A stretch of DNA of 63,964 bases, counting the filler, from an uncultured Acidimicrobiia bacterium (GTDB lineage Bacteria; Actinomycetota; Acidimicrobiia; Spongiisociales; JAOTWH01), in assembly GCA_964347285.1 (NCBI GenBank). It is 11 parts of 11 records of this genome, joined end to end, with 100 filler letters (N's around TTAATTAATTAA, not from the genome) between each part and the next. Parts side by side here need not be neighbours in the genome. Positions count along the whole stretch, not along the records: positions 60,083 to 63,964 come from CAYFYE010000149.1; 10 more parts are not named here. The stretch is one strand, 5' to 3'. The position numbers and the translations under genes are program-made. Shown here piece by piece: positions 61,868-63,964 of the stretch; the first letter of the stretch is position 1, and the number at the start of each line of letters is the position of its first letter. The notes beneath the pieces were generated by a model. That model ran no database searches, was not told where the DNA came from, and saw only the letters and a list, made by a program, of their open reading frames with translations.

Positions 61868-62308
61868 ATGCGCCGGGCCCTGGTTGCGCTCGCTTCGGCC
61901 ACCATCGCCGTTGTGGTGGTGGTGCCCGCTTTTCGCGACCCGCCCCGCGATTCCTATCCGCTGTCCAACTACCCGATGTTCGCCCAGCCGATCGAAGCCG
62001 TGAACGACGTGCACACCGCTATCGGTCGCACCAGGAGCGGGGAACGGCTCACGCTGAGTCCGGAGCGAATTGCCGGGAGCGACGAGGTGATGCACGCTGC
62101 CGGCACGGTGGGGAACGCAGTGGCGGGGGGCGAGGCCGCCCTGGAAAGGCTGTGCCGTCGGATCGCCGAGCGCGTGGCGGCGGGCGGCCCCGAGGAGGCG
62201 GTGGAAGTGGAAGTGGTCCGAGACCGCCACGACGCGGTCGCCTACTTCGGCGGGCAGGAGAGGCCCCTTCGATCGGAGGTGCTCGAATCGTGCCGGGTGC
62301 TGCGGTGA
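61868..62308 (+). CDS. membrane-anchored HTTM-partner-like hypothetical protein
   Basis: N-terminal TM segment; DSYPLSNYPMFA motif; GTGA overlap with the HTTM gene. Confidence 0.7.
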   Translation: MRRALVALASATIAVVVVVPAFRDPPRDSYPLSNYPMFAQPIEAVNDVHTAIGRTRSGERLTLSPERIAGSDEVMHAAGTVGNAVAGGEAALERLCRRIAERVAAGGPEEAVEVEVVRDRHDAVAYFGGQERPLRSEVLESCRVLR

Positions 62309-63261
62309 CGGCGCCGGGTGAGAGTCGCCGCTGGGGCCTGCGCTGGTTTGCTCCGGCCCCGGCTCGCCGCCTGGCGCTCCTGCGGATCTCGATCGGCGGC
62401 TTCGGGCTCGCCTACGTCGCCGCCCGGGCTCCCCACTTGATCTCGTTCGGCTCCTTCGATCCCGCCCGGTTCGATCCGGTGGGGGTGGTCGGCGTCCTGT
62501 CGGCTCCGCTGGACGTCTGGGTGGTGACCCTGGCGGTGGCGCTGACTGCGGCGTCGGGGGTCGGCTTCGTAGCCGGGTGGCGCTATCGGGTGACCGGTCC
62601 CGCCTTTGCCCTGCTGTTCCTCTGGGTGACCACCTATCGCAATTCGTGGGGTACCGTGCTCCATACCGAGAACCTGCTCGCCCTGCATCTGCTGGTCGTG
62701 GGGGTGGTGGCCGCCGCCGACACCTATTCACTCGATGCTCGTCGCACGAGGGCCGGCGATCCCGACCGGACCCACTGGCGCTACGGCTCGCCGATTCGCC
62801 TCCTCTGCCTCGTGACCGTGCTGGCCTACTTCGTCTCGGGCTGGGCCAAAGTCCGTTTCGGTGGCTGGGACTGGATCGCCGGTGACGTCCTGCGCAACCA
62901 GATCGCTTACGACAACCTGCGCAAGCTGCTTCTCGGCGATGCCTACTCGCCGGTGGGAGGGTGGCTGGTCGCCCACGGCTGGGCCTTCGTTCCGATGGCG
63001 ATGGGGACGGCGCTCATCGAGCTGGGGGCCCCGCTCGCCTTGTTGAACGAGCGGCTGGGGAAGGTGTGGGCCGGGCTTACCTGGCTGTTCCACCTCGCCA
63101 TCTTGGCCTTGATGGCCATCGTGTTTCCTTACCAGCTGTCGGGCATCGGGCTGGCGTCGTTCTTCCGAGTAGAGCGGGGCTGGGATCGGTTGCGCGCCTG
63201 GGGCACCGCTCGACTGGGGCGGGCTCCTCCCCCCGGCGTCCGACCTATTCCGGAGGCCTGA
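62305..63261 (+). CDS. HTTM-domain (vitamin K-dependent carboxylase-like) membrane protein
   Basis: RLALLRI, GWRYR, S.G.V.H, YSLD, YF.SG.AK, IELGAP, FH..I. Confidence 0.8.
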   Translation: MTAPGESRRWGLRWFAPAPARRLALLRISIGGFGLAYVAARAPHLISFGSFDPARFDPVGVVGVLSAPLDVWVVTLAVALTAASGVGFVAGWRYRVTGPAFALLFLWVTTYRNSWGTVLHTENLLALHLLVVGVVAAADTYSLDARRTRAGDPDRTHWRYGSPIRLLCLVTVLAYFVSGWAKVRFGGWDWIAGDVLRNQIAYDNLRKLLLGDAYSPVGGWLVAHGWAFVPMAMGTALIELGAPLALLNERLGKVWAGLTWLFHLAILALMAIVFPYQLSGIGLASFFRVERGWDRLRAWGTARLGRAPPPGVRPIPEA

Positions 63262-63311
63262 TCCCGCTCTTCTGTCCTAGTGTCGGCCCCGGGCCGCGCG
63301 AGAGAGGCGCA

Positions 63312-63964
63312 ATGCAGGGCACCGGAGGAGAGCTGCTCGTCACCGCTTTGCAGCGCCTCGGCATCGACACGCTGTTCACGCTGTCGGGCGGCCACCTCTT
63401 TCCCATCTACGACGGCTGCGTCAAGCACGGCATGGGCATCGTCGACACCCGCCACGAGCAGACTGCGGTGTTCGCCGCCGAAGGCATGGCCAAGCTCACC
63501 CGCCGCCCCGGTGCGGTGGCACTGACGGCCGGCCCCGGCGTTACCAACGCCGTGTCGGGGGTGGCCACCGCTCGGGCCAACGGCTCGCCGGTGATCGTCA
63601 TCGGCGGCCGGGCGCCGGCGTTCCGGTGGGGCCAGGGGAGTCTCCAGGAATTCGATCATGTCCCCTTGATGGCCCCCATCACCAAGCGGGCGATCACGGT
63701 GACGGAGACCGACCGGATTCCCGACGAGGTCGATGCGGCGCTGGCCACCGCCGTTACCCCGCACCGGGGACCGACGTTCCTCGATGTGGGGGTAGAGGTG
63801 CTCGCCGGGTTCGCCGAAGCGGAGACGAAGCCGTCTGCCCCGGCAGTGCGGACCCGGGCCGACCGGCCCGACCTGGAACGCGTGGCCCGACTCATCGACG
63901 GGGCGCGGACCCCGGTCCTCGTCGCCGGAACCGACGTGTACTTCGAAGAGGCCTGGGAGGAGAT
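63312..63964 (+). CDS. thiamine-pyrophosphate-binding enzyme, acetolactate-synthase-like (3'-partial; not in the ORF track)
   Basis: MQGTGGELLV...LFTLSGGHLFPIYDG...DTRHEQTAVFAAEG...TAGPGVTN...GSLQEFDH. Confidence 0.9.
   Translation, partial: MQGTGGELLVTALQRLGIDTLFTLSGGHLFPIYDGCVKHGMGIVDTRHEQTAVFAAEGMAKLTRRPGAVALTAGPGVTNAVSGVATARANGSPVIVIGGRAPAFRWGQGSLQEFDHVPLMAPITKRAITVTETDRIPDEVDAALATAVTPHRGPTFLDVGVEVLAGFAEAETKPSAPAVRTRADRPDLERVARLIDGARTPVLVAGTDVYFEEAWEE

Overview
The window is not one continuous locus. It is 11 short contigs (about 5.6-6.2 kb, complete ones in decreasing length order) joined by artificial 100-nt N/TTAATTAATTAA/N linkers at 6212-6311, 12458-12557, 18617-18716, 24711-24810, 30705-30804, 36633-36732, 42537-42636, 48423-48522, 54270-54369 and 59983-60082, so gene neighbourhoods are only valid within a contig. 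The DNA is high-GC and looks actinobacterial (LLM/F420 oxidoreductase, FadE5-like acyl-CoA dehydrogenase, MprA-like regulator, SufB); Acidimicrobiia-like MAG is an inference. Most genes are ordinary metabolic, transport, envelope and regulatory genes. Highlights: (1) contig 1 has four same-orientation copies of a tRNA-Phe 3'-end-derived repeat, two embedded in a colinear ~230-260 bp homologous module, that bracket small integrase-free gene cassettes, and contig 7 has a separate tRNA-Ala(CGC)-derived att-like site; (2) two probable selenoproteins split by the ORF track (AhpD-like CxxU, DUF3179 UxxC), each with a SECIS-like hairpin; (3) a nucleotidyltransferase-P-loop kinase fusion plus a second kinase in a GT4 glycan locus; (4) an HTTM protein/partner pair divergent from an alpha-helical enzyme-like gene and MarC; (5) several pseudogenes, a SARP/oxidoreductase deletion chimera, a probable CTG start, and small unannotated ORFs behind a perfect palindromic operator. 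All family calls are from motif recognition by eye, not database searches.
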